Below, one piece after another: positions 62,930 to 64,000 of a DNA stretch of 64,000 nt. A program made the position numbers and the translations under genes. The stretch's first letter is position 1, and every line of letters begins with the position of its first letter. The notes beneath the pieces are model-generated. The model searched no databases, was not told the origin of the DNA, and saw only the letters and a program-made list of their open reading frames with translations. This DNA is from Malacoraja senta. Its lineage: Eukaryota. Location: the NCBI GenBank assembly GCA_038087875.1, contig CM075993.1:8310001-8374000 (forward strand). Direction: 5' to 3'.

Positions 62930-63880
62930 TGGCTCCGGGTTCACTCCGTGACTGACTCCGTTCCGTGTTTTCCCAGGTCCAAATCTGAGTTAATACACCA
63001 CCCCGGGTTTTACCCGGATCTTGGTTTCGTTCCGTTCCGGGTTCGAGGCGGCTCCGTCGCGGGTTTTTGCGCCGCCCGGCAGTCCGCTCCGCTCCACTCC
63101 GGGTGTTGTGGACGCCGCGCCGGGTTTTGCCCGCCCCCTCGCCAGTGCATCAGTCCTTCGCCTCGGGGACTGCGCGGATCTGGGAGCGGAGACAGCGGAG
63201 CGGGGGGATCGGGCCCGAGAGAGGCCCCGCAGCCTGACCCGAGCCTAGCCTAGCCCAGCCCAGCTGACCCGGCCTGGCCCGGCCCTTCCCTTCCCCCGCC
63301 TGCGGCCTCGGGCCTCGCCGCCGCTGTCGGTGAAGAGAGAGAGTGAGAGTGAGATGGCCGCGACCCCCCGGTGAAGGCGGACAGCCCGCCCGCCAGCCCC
63401 GAGCCCTCAGCCGCGTCGATGAGCCTGGAGCCCGGCTGCCGTCCCCGGGTAAGCCGCCGCTCTCTCGCCCCGGGTCCCGGCTGACGGGAGCAATCCCTTT
63501 GTTCGAGGCCGGGGTTGTTGGGGTGGGTGGGGGGGAGAGATGTCGGGCCCGACCCCCCGGGACCGGGCAGGGGGCTCGATTAGCGGGGCTGCCCGGGCTC
63601 GGCGTGGTGACAGGTGGTTGGGAGAGAGGGAGGGGGAGGGGGGGGGGGTTGGGCCGAGAGGCTCCGAGCCGGATCTCACCAGCCCTGAGCCGGCACATGG
63701 TGAGAGTGGGCAGGATGAGGATGCTGGAGGGGTCAGGGTTACCCTCCTCTCCCCAATAAACCTCAGCCACTGCCCCCCTCCCCTGCTTGGCTTTGGCTGG
63801 AAGCATCGACGAGCGAGCAGAGAGGCATTGTTGTGGTGCCCGAGCCCCCAACGCTCTGGCAGCTTCACAAGTAGACCGAG
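62930..63880. promoter_or_regulatory. CpG island, probable promoter and first exon of a host gene
   Basis: Abrupt high GC and CpG density in non-repeat sequence; CCGCCC boxes; plus-strand donor CGG|GTAAGC at 63448/63449. Confidence 0.75.
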
Positions 63881-64000
63881 TCCCTTCTGTTAAATTGAGT
63901 CTCATTTATTGTCTGTTTACTTATCCCTCCCTCTTTCCATGTTGTTTGGTGCCTTGGTGCACTTGGCTCAGTTACAGCACCCTCTGAGTCAGATGATTGT

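Noticed and set aside
63150..63905. 251-aa minus-strand ORF and overlapping long ORFs in the CpG island
   Set aside because: Pro/Gly/Arg-rich, no recognisable domain, open in several frames; expected from stop-codon scarcity at high GC.

Overview
Repeat-saturated eukaryotic genomic DNA, almost certainly from a cartilaginous fish (skate/ray/shark), judged from abundant HE1-like tRNA/V-SINEs that share their 3' tail with CR1 LINEs. No host protein-coding gene can be named; nearly all listed ORFs are transposon fragments or noise. Contents: CR1, Rex1/Babar, RTE, Hero-like and Penelope-like (PLE) retroelement remnants, one decayed Gypsy element with its 5' LTR and a tRNA-Trp primer site, two Tc1 elements, a 200-N gap, a near-identical copy of 1-9545 at 45960-55529 (probably an uncollapsed haplotype), and a CpG island with a candidate first exon at the right end. 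The most interesting signal is catalytic RNA inside short repeats. (1) A ~135-nt non-autonomous retroelement (3 copies with TSDs, plus one copy of a second, sequence-divergent family) consists only of a minimal, P4-less HDV/CPEB3-like ribozyme starting exactly at the element's 5' end, a nested-hairpin 3' domain and a (GAA)n tail. Helices P2 and P3 fully covary between the two families. (2) Many PLE terminal modules carry minimal hammerhead cores; several are inserted as ~90-135 bp units with their own TSDs or as head-to-head palindromes. All structures were assigned by eye; no folding or database search was run, and repeat boundaries without TSDs are approximate.
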